Source: a virus. Taken from it: a DNA stretch of 64,000 nt. Below, piece by piece: positions 18,669 to 29,000 of this stretch. The stretch's first letter is position 1. Each line of letters begins with the position of its first letter. Both the position numbers and the translations under genes were made by a program. The notes beneath the pieces were generated by a model. That model was given only the letters and a program-made list of their open reading frames with translations, did not search any database and was not told the origin of the DNA. The stretch lies in IMG/VR virus record IMGVR_UViG_3300042870_001850, positions 19,312-83,311 of that record. One strand, given 5' to 3'.

Positions 18669-21311
18669 TCACGACCCTCTCGCAAATCTATTTGCAATGC
18701 CCCAGTCGACTTCACCAGTTGGCACAGCTCTAGGCAGCAGCAGTCTGCCTTGAATCTGTGCTCGTGAACCAACACCGTCCACTTCAATACCACGCTCTGA
18801 AATCTTGCGTTGAAACGCAATTTGAGTCATTGGTCGTTCACCACGCTCATCGCTCCACGCGCGATACACTGCGTATAGCGACTTAACAGGAGTGGCAGCG
18901 CCTTCTACTTCTTTAGTTTCTTCGCCCAAGAAGATACCAATGCGGTCTTCGTTTTTTCGATAGATGTCAGATGCTTCGCTAACTGCTTTGCACCAACCTA
19001 AACCATCGCGCGCGCTTGAACCAAGTAGCTTTATTGCACCTTCAACTGCCCATGAAAGTACTGCAGGCAGTCCACCTTCCGGATCAAAGATGTAATGCTT
19101 GAGATCTGGATCTGGACTCTCAGGCACGCACGTAAGAGGAACTGGGCGGATACGACGCCACATAGCATCGTCAGTAATGATTGGTCTGTGGTTAGTTGTA
19201 ATCCAAAGCTTAGCACGCGATTGAAATGTAAAAGGCTTTTCGCCTGGTGATCTTGCTGAGATTTCGCTCGAGCCTGTTAGCTTCTTAATAGAGTTTTCTT
19301 TGATTCGTTCGCCGTCTGGTAATTCGTCAACCCAGACAAATCTACGACCGCGCAGCTCAGCCCAGTGATAAAGATCTGAGCCATGCGATTGCCCATCATT
19401 TTGAGCAAGAATACTAGAATCAAGAGGCCATGCGTATTGCGATGTTCCCATTGCTTTTACGAGAGCTTCGACCAGTGTGTTCTTACCAGATCCAGGAGGA
19501 CCATAGACTAAAAACATCACGTCATAAGTACGTAAACCAGTTAGTGAGTATCCGGCAGCGCGTTGCAACCACTCTTGCAATTCTTTATCGCCGCCAGTTG
19601 CAAAGTCAATAAACTGTTCCCAACGCACATTACGAATTCCAGGATTGTATGCAACAGGCGCACGGCGAGTGATATAAAGATCAGGACGACCTTTAAGTAG
19701 CTCACCTGTTCGCAAGTCAATTACACCATTTGATACGCCCATAAGCGTTTCGTCGCTGTCCCAAGTGTCAACACCTACAAGTACGCGTGGGTCAGATGTA
19801 GCACTTTCTATTGTGCCGTTTATCCGTGAGTTAGATTTTGCTTGCTGAGCCCACTTAATAACTTCTGATTGCTTATCGGCATCGTCAAGATAGTGAACAA
19901 CTTCACTTGCAATAACTGGAGCAACCTTTTTAGAAAGTTCACGCATCTCGAGATTTTCAACATCAGGTTTCCAGTATCCACCGTCCCAGTGAAACCAACC
20001 AAGCCCTGGTGTATATCTAATTGCTGGACCAAAAGAGTCAACCATTCGGCGACCATTGCCAGTGTCAGTAAGTGACCGCTTGCCCGGATCTCCACCTTCA
20101 TCTTCGCTAAGCGCGTCAGGGTCAAGAGGAACATCGATATTATTGAGCTTACTAGCCGCAGCAATAGAATCGCCGTCTTCAACCGACGATTGAATTGTTC
20201 CACCGATTGTTCCAGGGAATGAAGTACTATGCGAAGGCGACTGTTGTTCTAGTTTTGGTTTAGAAGACAGAGATGATTTTGGTTTGCCTAGTGTAGCGCT
20301 TGAAGACCGAGACTCTTCTTGCGACTTGTTGGCCCACTCTTGAAGACCAGGCCAGAGACGTTCTGTTTTTGGATTATCAAGAACAAACTGAATTGCACGA
20401 CGCACGTGCATCAGCAGACTGTTGGGTCCTTCTAGTTCCATTGGCGGACGAACTTTTTCAGCATTGAAACGAATCATCATTGTCTCAACAGCAAGTCGTC
20501 CTGCTTCAGTGTTTACTGGAAACTTATTCGCAAGTGCACAAGCCATTGCGTAAATGTCGATTGCACGTGAACCTTCTTCAATGCCTTCTGAAAGAAGACG
20601 GTCGATATCGACGCGCTCGCCTCCCCACTCCATGCTATCGAGGAATCCCCAATCGCCTTCCGAGTGAGAAGTACCGAGGCGGGCATTTTTCTTGCGAAGA
20701 GAAACTAGTAGTTCTTCCGGCGCTTGAGCAATTTCAATTTCCCAAGGAGCTTTCCCAGGGACCCATTCGTAACAAAGACCAGAAAAGTGTCGTGATGGCG
20801 CAATAAGAACATATCCATTGTGCTTAATGTCAATACCGCCAAGACCAGCTTTCTTTAAGTTGCCAACCAGTTGCTCTGACTCATCGCACTTATAGAATAG
20901 GTGACGGCCGCGCTGAATCTTTCCACCCATGTTGTATTCGCCGGTAATAGCTTCAACTGTCGGTGGCAGTGCGCCTTCAACTAGAGCTTCAAACTTTTCA
21001 AATGAATCAGGGCCACCAGCACGAGGATCAATGTCGATTACAAAGAATCCGCTAGGGCGGCAGAAAACGCTGACATTGCTTTCTGGCGCTACTTCCCACC
21101 AACGAGCTACAGCAGCAGGATCCGAAGTTGCTTGAGTGTTCCATTCGGCGATACTCGGGTGCTTGCCTACGTCTTTTGGTTCGGCATGGGTTCCACCGCA
21201 CGTGCACCGTCCATTGATAATTCCGTAACATGGGAGAATCTGCCAACCCGTGGACGCATACCAGTCTGCTGCGGGGCCAAGTCTGCCTTGCGCTGAATCC
21301 CAAGCGGACAT
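18669..21311 (-). CDS. Bifunctional primase-polymerase fused to P4/D5-type SF3 helicase
   Basis: GKHP, VIDIDP, GRHLFY, GYVLIAPS (Prim-Pol); TDTGNG (D5_N); GPPGSGKNT Walker A, WVDE, TTNHRP. Confidence 0.92.
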   Translation of the reverse strand: MSAWDSAQGRLGPAADWYASTGWQILPCYGIINGRCTCGGTHAEPKDVGKHPSIAEWNTQATSDPAAVARWWEVAPESNVSVFCRPSGFFVIDIDPRAGGPDSFEKFEALVEGALPPTVEAITGEYNMGGKIQRGRHLFYKCDESEQLVGNLKKAGLGGIDIKHNGYVLIAPSRHFSGLCYEWVPGKAPWEIEIAQAPEELLVSLRKKNARLGTSHSEGDWGFLDSMEWGGERVDIDRLLSEGIEEGSRAIDIYAMACALANKFPVNTEAGRLAVETMMIRFNAEKVRPPMELEGPNSLLMHVRRAIQFVLDNPKTERLWPGLQEWANKSQEESRSSSATLGKPKSSLSSKPKLEQQSPSHSTSFPGTIGGTIQSSVEDGDSIAAASKLNNIDVPLDPDALSEDEGGDPGKRSLTDTGNGRRMVDSFGPAIRYTPGLGWFHWDGGYWKPDVENLEMRELSKKVAPVIASEVVHYLDDADKQSEVIKWAQQAKSNSRINGTIESATSDPRVLVGVDTWDSDETLMGVSNGVIDLRTGELLKGRPDLYITRRAPVAYNPGIRNVRWEQFIDFATGGDKELQEWLQRAAGYSLTGLRTYDVMFLVYGPPGSGKNTLVEALVKAMGTSQYAWPLDSSILAQNDGQSHGSDLYHWAELRGRRFVWVDELPDGERIKENSIKKLTGSSEISARSPGEKPFTFQSRAKLWITTNHRPIITDDAMWRRIRPVPLTCVPESPDPDLKHYIFDPEGGLPAVLSWAVEGAIKLLGSSARDGLGWCKAVSEASDIYRKNEDRIGIFLGEETKEVEGAATPVKSLYAVYRAWSDERGERPMTQIAFQRKISERGIEVDGVGSRAQIQGRLLLPRAVPTGEVDWGIANRFARGS

Positions 21312-21606
21312 CTAAAGATAGCCTTTTTCAGTGATGTCTTCTACTATGCTTATGTCGTTCATGGCGTTACTTTCAGATGGAGAGAGATTGCAAAAAAGCG
21401 TAACGCTGTCAATATAACTTACGACCCTATTGAATGACGTGATGCAGTGCAACTTTTTGTTTTTTCTTACAAGATTTAGGTAGCAATAATACCACAAGAG
21501 TCATGTACAAGGCATGCTGTATGGTGTACTATTTATATTTCAGTACACTGTATAGTTACAGGTACAAGTGACAAACATACTCACACCTACACAGCAGGAG
21601 AATTCT

Positions 21607-21846
21607 ATGGGATCGTTGTTTGACGAAATAAAAGAACAAAAGTCAAAGCAAGGCAACAGATCAAGAATCGCAGAGATTCTAGATTCAATGCCAGACCCAG
21701 ATAGAAAAGATCTACTAAAAGCGCTCAATGATCATAGCATTCCTGCATCAAACATTTCCAAAGCTTTATTAAAGCATGGACATAAGCTAGCAATCAATGT
21801 TATTAGTCGCTATCGTCGTGGAGAATTGACGACGGAAATCAAATGA
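21607..21846 (+). CDS. Small HTH-like hypothetical protein
   Basis: SD CAGGAG before ATG 21607; ends ISRYRRGE. Confidence 0.6.
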   Translation: MGSLFDEIKEQKSKQGNRSRIAEILDSMPDPDRKDLLKALNDHSIPASNISKALLKHGHKLAINVISRYRRGELTTEIK

Positions 21847-22841
21847 GCCTTTCTGACGATATAAATAAGGAAGAAGAAATATCAGAGCTTAGAAGAGCTC
21901 TAAAAGCTTCTCAACAAGCGGAATACAAAGCCAAACGAAAAACAGAGGCTCTTGTAGATGCAGTATACACGGCCGCAAAAGAGTCCGTTCTTGCTTGCGG
22001 AAATGGAAAAGCGCAAAAAATAGCTATTCCACCTAAAGATCCTCGCAAAGCAAAGGCTGAAGTTGCACTAGTTCATGCGACGGACTGGCAGAATGGAAAG
22101 CTCACAACTACTTATAACATTCAAAAGTGCTCTGATCGCATGGAGCAACTTGCTGCCAAAGTTATAGAGCTTACAACTGTTCAAAGAAGCCACCACCCAG
22201 TTCGTGAATGCACCGTCATGTTTGGCGGTGACATGGTCGAAGGTATTTCAATTTTCCCTGGACAAGCTTGGGAAGTAGAAGCTCACATATTTGAACAGCT
22301 TTTTGAGACTGTCCGCATTGAGGAATCAATGATTAGAACTTTTGCTGCATTCTTTGACAAAGTAAACGTTGTATGCGAGTTTGGTAACCACGGACGACTA
22401 GGCCGTAAAGGTGAAATGCCAGCAAATGACAATATTGATGCAATCAGCTATCGCATCGCGCAGGATCGCACAAAAGATCTAAAAAATGTTACTTGGCAAA
22501 TGTCCCCTGACTGGTATCAAATGGTGACAATTGGAAATTATAAAGCTATGCTCGTGCACGGTGACGAATGCCGAGGCATGTCAGGAATTCTTCGTAAGGC
22601 AAATGCATGGGCAACTGGCGTCGTTGAACCGTTTCAAGACGTGTACATGGGTCACTTCCACACGCCGACAACAATGACAATGGCTAATGCTGGACGAGTG
22701 TTCATCACTGGCTCTCCAGAATCTCACAATGAGTACGCTCGTGAAGTCATTGCAGCTGTCGGTAAGCCATCTCAGCGGTTGCATTTTATTGACCCAATAA
22801 AAGGCAGAGTAACTGCAGAGTACACAATCTGGTTGGAATAG
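21843..22841 (+). CDS. Calcineurin-like metallophosphoesterase
   Basis: TDWQ, GGDMVEG, GNHGR, HGD, MGHFH motifs. Confidence 0.85.
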   Translation: MSLSDDINKEEEISELRRALKASQQAEYKAKRKTEALVDAVYTAAKESVLACGNGKAQKIAIPPKDPRKAKAEVALVHATDWQNGKLTTTYNIQKCSDRMEQLAAKVIELTTVQRSHHPVRECTVMFGGDMVEGISIFPGQAWEVEAHIFEQLFETVRIEESMIRTFAAFFDKVNVVCEFGNHGRLGRKGEMPANDNIDAISYRIAQDRTKDLKNVTWQMSPDWYQMVTIGNYKAMLVHGDECRGMSGILRKANAWATGVVEPFQDVYMGHFHTPTTMTMANAGRVFITGSPESHNEYAREVIAAVGKPSQRLHFIDPIKGRVTAEYTIWLE

Positions 22842-22879
22842 TAAACGCAGTAGATCCTAAATAGGTGTATGATAACTAA

Positions 22880-23245
22880 GTGGGAATCTTAAAGCCGCGT
22901 AATACGACTAAAAAGAAGACAGTGCTGAAGAACGCAGAAGCACTATTATCAGAAAAAATAGAGCAAGGTTACGACACAGATCTAGCAAGAATTGGTGTCT
23001 CATGGTCTGGTATTTTGGATCTAGAAGGACCAATTGCCGCATCTGAGGTAGCAGCAATGCTCGCAAGCGCTTCTCTAATTAGAGCAACAACTCTTGTTGA
23101 CTCAGAGGAGCATTGGACAAGCGCGGCGGCATTTTCTGCGCTTGGGCACACCGTTGAGCTTGACGTTCGACCGCCTCTAGATACTGAAAATCCCGACGAC
23201 GAAAAAATGTCTAATCCAATTGGCTTTGTACCGCAAAGTGAATAA
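22880..23245 (+). CDS. Divergent DUF6378-like protein
   Basis: RIGVSWSGIL...EVAAML...WTSAAAFSALG echoes 48502..48801; leaderless TATGAT-6nt-GTG. Confidence 0.5.
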   Translation: MGILKPRNTTKKKTVLKNAEALLSEKIEQGYDTDLARIGVSWSGILDLEGPIAASEVAAMLASASLIRATTLVDSEEHWTSAAAFSALGHTVELDVRPPLDTENPDDEKMSNPIGFVPQSE

Positions 23246-23306
23246 GCACTACAATCACTTTTGCTTTTATTTGATAAAATCCAACCAGATCTAGATTGGA
23301 GACTAC

Positions 23307-24044
23307 GTGCCTTGGCCTAATGACGTTGTCACAAGAACTGTAACGGGCACGTATTTGACGCCGCAAGGAAATGCTGCTGTCGGACGAGTCACTTTTACTC
23401 CAACAGCCAGAATTGTAGATATCAATGATGACGTTATTATTGAAGACACTATTACGGCAACTTTATCTGCATCAGGGGTATTTACAGTAAGTCTTCCGAC
23501 AACTGATAATACTCTACTGAGCCCGCAAGGTTGGGCGTACCAAGTTAACGTCCGACTTCGCGGTGTCAAACCACAGAAGTTTTACGCGTTTCTTCCACTA
23601 GGTGACGGTTCTAGTGTAGATCTAAACCAAGAGCTAAGCGGATCTGCTACAGTCACAGACGCAACAGCGCCAACGTCTGTTAGAGGCCCTATCGGCCCTA
23701 GAGGACCGGGAACTGTCACCGGAATTGGCCTTCCAACATACGTGATTGGTCAAGATGGGGACATCTACATTGACACAGATACTGGCTACTACTACGGACC
23801 AAAAACTGCCGGCGAGTGGCCTGGGGTTCCATTTTTTACCGCAGGTGCAACTCAAAGACACATTCATACGCAGGCTTCAGTTTCTGCAACATGGACAATC
23901 ACACATGTTCTTGGCGGAAAACCTTCTGTGTCAGTAGTAGACTCTTCTGGAACTGTAGTGGTTGGAGAAGTAAGATATGATAGCAATACAGTAGTGACAG
24001 TTTTGTTCACTACTCCATTTTCAGGATACGCGTACCTTACGTAG
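23307..24044 (+). CDS. Virion structural / tail-associated protein
   Basis: Beta-rich N-domain, short GPxGPxGP, GQDGDIYID, C-terminal HTQ..SATWTITHVLG module typical of tail accessory proteins. Confidence 0.7.
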   Translation: MPWPNDVVTRTVTGTYLTPQGNAAVGRVTFTPTARIVDINDDVIIEDTITATLSASGVFTVSLPTTDNTLLSPQGWAYQVNVRLRGVKPQKFYAFLPLGDGSSVDLNQELSGSATVTDATAPTSVRGPIGPRGPGTVTGIGLPTYVIGQDGDIYIDTDTGYYYGPKTAGEWPGVPFFTAGATQRHIHTQASVSATWTITHVLGGKPSVSVVDSSGTVVVGEVRYDSNTVVTVLFTTPFSGYAYLT

Positions 24045-24073
24045 CTTGAATAGACAATAAGGAGTCGCTCCCC

Positions 24074-25558
24074 GTGGCACAAAAATTTGTTACAAACTTA
24101 GATCTTAATCAAAATCAACTTCTTAATGCCACATTTGAAGTGCTGTCGTCAAACCCTGAGTCAGGCAACTTTGAAGGTCGAATGATTTACAACAGCACCA
24201 CGGATTCTATCCTGGTGTACGGCAATGGCGCATGGCGCAAAGTCGTAAATAGCATTTCGTCTGGTGGCGGTGCGGGTATTGCTGAAGCCCTTACTGTTTC
24301 GGAATCAAATGGCGCTGTAACCCTTACGCTCCATGTCGCGGATACAGATAGCGCTGGTCTTCTTCCAGCCGCGATGTGGAACATGCTTACTGATGCAACT
24401 GCTGATGCGACTTCTTCTAAATTGGTTAAAAGAGACGGAAGCGGTAACGCAAAAGTTGCCACACCAACAGACGCCGCACATATTGCAACTAAAGGCTACG
24501 TAGACGCTGCCCGTCAAGGTCTTGATGTCAAGGCTTCAGTAAGAGCAGCCACCACTGCCGCGATTAACATTTCAACCGATCTTAATAACGGCGACGTCAT
24601 TGACGGTGTAACGCTTGTTACTGGTGACCGTGTTCTTGTTAAGAACCAAGGAACAGCTTCTGAAAATGGCATCTATGTGGTCACCGCTACTGGTGCGGGT
24701 GCTCGTTCATCTGACGCAAACGGAACCGCCGATACTGGCGAACTTACAAGTGGAACCTTCACCTTCGTAGAAGAAGGAACCGTTAACTTTGACTCTGGTT
24801 TTGTCGTTTCAACCAATGGGACAATCACCGTCGGCACAACAGGCATTACTTGGACACAGTTTTCTGGCGCTGGCTCATTTGAAGCAGGGGATGGACTCTC
24901 AAAGAGTGGCACGACAGTAAATGTCAATGTAACCTCTAACAGAACAGCGATTACCGCAGACGCGATCGACATTTCAGCTAACTACGTTGGTCAGTCTTCA
25001 ATCACGACCCTCGGAACAATCACCACTGGTACGTGGGACGCCACAACTGTAGCGGTTACTGCTGGTGGTACTGGTGTTGAGTCGTTTACTGACAACGGCG
25101 TTGTTTATGGTAACGGAACAAGCGCACTTGATGTAACTGGTGCTGGAACGGAACATCAGGTTCTCCGTGCAGGCTCTGGTGGGGTTCCCGCCTTTGGTGC
25201 TGTTGACCTTTCGCAGACCGCCGCGACAACCAATTCACTCTTAATCTCACGAGGCGGAACCAATGCTTCCACAGAAGCAACCGCACGAACAAACCTTGCC
25301 GCTGGTGGAACTCAGGGCGCTGGAGTAAGCACACCGGCACTTGCGCGCAAAGTTACAAAGGCTGTCGGCAACGGAGTAGATACTTCATTTACACTTGTTC
25401 ACGCATTTAACACACGTGAAGTAATGGTTCAAGTGTACGATTCAGCTACCTACGACACAGTCATTACAGACGTTGTTCGTACCGATGCTAATACAGTTAC
25501 AGTTGCATTCTCAGTTGCACCGACATCTAGCGCGTACACTGTCGTTGTGATAGGTTAA
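24074..25558 (+). CDS. Tail fibre-like structural protein
   Basis: ATKGYVD, GDRVLVKNQ...ENGIYV, GGTG repeats. Confidence 0.75.
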   Translation: MAQKFVTNLDLNQNQLLNATFEVLSSNPESGNFEGRMIYNSTTDSILVYGNGAWRKVVNSISSGGGAGIAEALTVSESNGAVTLTLHVADTDSAGLLPAAMWNMLTDATADATSSKLVKRDGSGNAKVATPTDAAHIATKGYVDAARQGLDVKASVRAATTAAINISTDLNNGDVIDGVTLVTGDRVLVKNQGTASENGIYVVTATGAGARSSDANGTADTGELTSGTFTFVEEGTVNFDSGFVVSTNGTITVGTTGITWTQFSGAGSFEAGDGLSKSGTTVNVNVTSNRTAITADAIDISANYVGQSSITTLGTITTGTWDATTVAVTAGGTGVESFTDNGVVYGNGTSALDVTGAGTEHQVLRAGSGGVPAFGAVDLSQTAATTNSLLISRGGTNASTEATARTNLAAGGTQGAGVSTPALARKVTKAVGNGVDTSFTLVHAFNTREVMVQVYDSATYDTVITDVVRTDANTVTVAFSVAPTSSAYTVVVIG

Positions 25559-25615
25559 TTCATAGCACCTCGCGGGGTGCGAACTATAAAGAAAGAAACA
25601 GTTGAGGCTGTATCA

Positions 25616-26068
25616 ATGACAAGATTTGTTGGAACTCCGCTACGCGGAACTGAATTTGCTAACGCCGGTGATGAAGCTATCTCCGCCCGTGTTGGCACAG
25701 ATTCGTATCCACGAGTACGCATTGATGCAGGCGGCAGGATTACATGGTCATCCGGAGCAGCAACTGGAGACACCACTTTATATAGAAGTGGCAGTGACAC
25801 GTTAGTAACTGACGATGTCTTTAAGGCATTACAAGGCATAGTCACATTAGTAACAGACGGCGCGCCTACTCAAGCGCTGCCAAACGGTGCAATTGCAATT
25901 GACACTACCAACAGCATATTCTATTTTCGTTCAGAAAACACTTGGCAGCTAGTAAGCGGTGGTGGCTCTGTTACTGGAGACATAGACGGTGGAAATCATT
26001 TGAATGATATCCAAGAAGCAGAAGTAACTAACTACGTATTCGCGTCATTTGACGGAGAGGAGCTGTAA
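25616..26068 (+). CDS. Structural / tail-associated protein
   Basis: Within the fibre operon; DTTLYR; GAIAIDTTN..YFR. Confidence 0.6.
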   Translation: MTRFVGTPLRGTEFANAGDEAISARVGTDSYPRVRIDAGGRITWSSGAATGDTTLYRSGSDTLVTDDVFKALQGIVTLVTDGAPTQALPNGAIAIDTTNSIFYFRSENTWQLVSGGGSVTGDIDGGNHLNDIQEAEVTNYVFASFDGEEL

Positions 26069-29000
26069 TGGCTGGAGCAAGAATTCAACTAAAGAGGGCT
26101 ACAGCATCTCAATGGACATCTGCAAACACTGTCCTATTTGCCGGTGAAATTGGATATGAAACAGACGCCAATAAGTTCAAAATTGGCGACGGTACTACAG
26201 CGTGGACATCGCTTTCTTACTTCAATGGAAACTTGTCAGGATCAAACCTAAATGATCTTTTAGATGTAACTATCACGTCTGCAGCGAACGGCGACTTCCT
26301 TCGTTGGAGCGGCACAGCATGGATCAATGACGCAGTTAATCTTGGAACTGATACAGCAGGCTCATTTGTTGAAAGTCTTATTGCTGGTACAGGTGTAACA
26401 CTCACAAACAATAGCGGTGAAAGCTCCACACCAACAATTGCAATTGGTCAATCTGTAGCAACAAACACAACTCCAACATTTGCTGGATTGACTCTCAATG
26501 GCAACATTACTTTTGAAGGTACAACTGCTGACGATTTCGAGACAGTACTCGCGATTACCGACCCAACAGCGGATAGAACAATCACAATCCCTGACGCGAC
26601 TGGAACAGTTGCCTTAAATGGCTCAATTGCTCTAGGTACAGACACAACTGGTAACTATGTCAATGACGTAACTGCCGGCACGGGCGTAACGGTAACTCAT
26701 ACACCTGGCGAAGGCTCATCTCCTACAGTGGCGATTGGGCAGAGCGTTGCAACGTCTGCTTCACCAACATTTGCTAACGTCACTATTAGCTCTGTCCCAA
26801 CAAGTGACACACATGCTGCAACAAAAGCGTATGTCGACTACCACGCGGCAGGAATTGTATGGCATGACGCCGTTAAATTGGCAACAAACGCCGTGCTTCC
26901 AGGAACACCTACGTATAGCAATGGAACATCGGGTGTAGGCGCAACATTAACCGCAACCGCGAATGCGCGTCTTAGCATTGATGGAGCTAACGCAACAACA
27001 AATGACAGAGTTCTTGTCAAAGATCAAGCCGACGCAACACAAAACGGTGTGTACAAAGTAACAGCTCAAGGCAGCGTAAGCGTGCCGTACGTCTTAACAA
27101 GAGCGACAGACTTTGATACAAGCACGCCGTACGAAATCATCGGCGTAACCGGAGACGCAGTTTATATTTCTAGCGGCTCGTATAACGCTAATCAAGGATA
27201 CATCACGACTTCAACCGGCACAGGCACTGACGGCGCGCACGTTCTCGGGACTGACAATTTGACGTTTAGCCAATTTACTGGTACAGCAACATTTAGTGCT
27301 GGAACAGGTATCGCAATTAGCGGTAACACAATTAACGTACAAACAGCAAATGCTGGTCGCATAGTTGTCAATGCTGATGACATTGATCTTGCAACTGTCA
27401 CCCGCACAGACACAAGCGGTTCTGCCGGTAAGTCATTTGTTCAATCATTTACAACTGACTCATATGGCCGAGTAACCGGTGCTGTAACAGCAGACACTGC
27501 AATTACTCTTGGCACTGATACGTCTGGTAGCTATGTAGAAAGTCTTACCGCAGGCACCGGCATTACACTAAGTAATAACAGCGGCGAAGGCGCTAGCCCG
27601 ACAGTAGCGGTAACCGCAAACACGTATGACGCGTACGGCGCGTCGTCGACTCATGCAGGTTTAACAGAAGCACATGGTGCGACAGGCGCAGTAGTGGGAA
27701 CGACAAATACTCAGACCCTTACCAACAAAACTCTGACATCTCCAAAAGTAAATGAAGATGTTGTACTGACTTCTACAGCAACTGAACTTAACATTCTTGA
27801 CGGTGCGACTCTTTCAACAACCGAACTTAACTATGTTGACGGTGTCACAAGTGCTATTCAGACTCAACTTGATGCAAAAGCACCTTTAGCGTCGCCAACA
27901 TTTACCGGCTCGGTCACACTTCCTGACAACACGGTTGCTCTTGGAACCAAGACAACTGGTGACTATGTAGCAACAATAACGGGTGGAACTGGTGTTAGTT
28001 CAACAGCCGCAACAACTGGTGAGGGAACAACCCACACACTGTCCATTGGTCAAGCGATCGCAACAACAGATTCACCAACCTTTGCAGGACTTACCGTCAA
28101 CGGAGCAAGCGTTGTCTTTGAAGGTGCAACTGCAAACGACTTTGAGACTACTCTTTCCGTAACAGATCCAACAGCGGATAGAACAATCACAATCCCTGAC
28201 GCGACTGGGACAGTTGCCCTTACCTCGGATGTTACGACTCACGCAAACCTGACAGAAGCACATGGTGCAACTGGTGCAGTAGTTGGGACAACGAACACTC
28301 AAACACTTACTAATAAAACACTGACATCACCAAAAATCAACGAAGATGTTGTACTGACTTCTACGGCAACAGAATTAAACTATGTTGATGGCGTTACAAG
28401 TGCCATTCAGACCCAACTTGATGCAAAGGCACCGCTCGCGTCGCCAACATTTACTGGTACACCAACACTGCCAACAGGCACTATTGCTACAACACAGACT
28501 GCTGCAAATAGCACAACCGCAGTTGCTACTACTGCGTTTGTTACAACTGCAGACAACCTCAAAGCAAACATCGACTCACCGACATTTACTGGAACAGTTG
28601 CTGGAATAACAAAGACAATGGTCGGTCTCGGCAATGTTGACAACACTGCAGACACTGCAAAGCCAGTGTCAACGGCACAGCAGACAGCTCTTGATCTTAA
28701 AGCAAATATTGCTTCACCAACTTTTACTGGTACGGTTACACTTGCTGCTGATCCAGGTTCTGCGCTTCAAGCAGCAACAAAGCAGTATGTTGACAACGTT
28801 GTCTCTGGAGTAAACTTCCATGAGTCAGTAGTTGCAGCGACAACTGGCAATCTCGCTGGAACATACAACAATGGAACCAGCGGTGTAGGCGCAACAATTA
28901 CAAAAGCAACAAATGGTTCAATTGGAACTATTGACGGTGCAACAGTAATTGTTGGAAGCAGAATTCTTCTCAAGTCGCAGACTGATCCAAAAGAAAATGG

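Noticed and set aside
21312-21606. Replication origin beside the primase-helicase
   Set aside because: It is an AT-rich divergent promoter region with no iterons recognised, so support is insufficient.
26068-26250. Mtd-like N-terminus implying a diversity-generating retroelement
   Set aside because: This domain is common on fibres, and no RT or TR/VR pair is present in the window.
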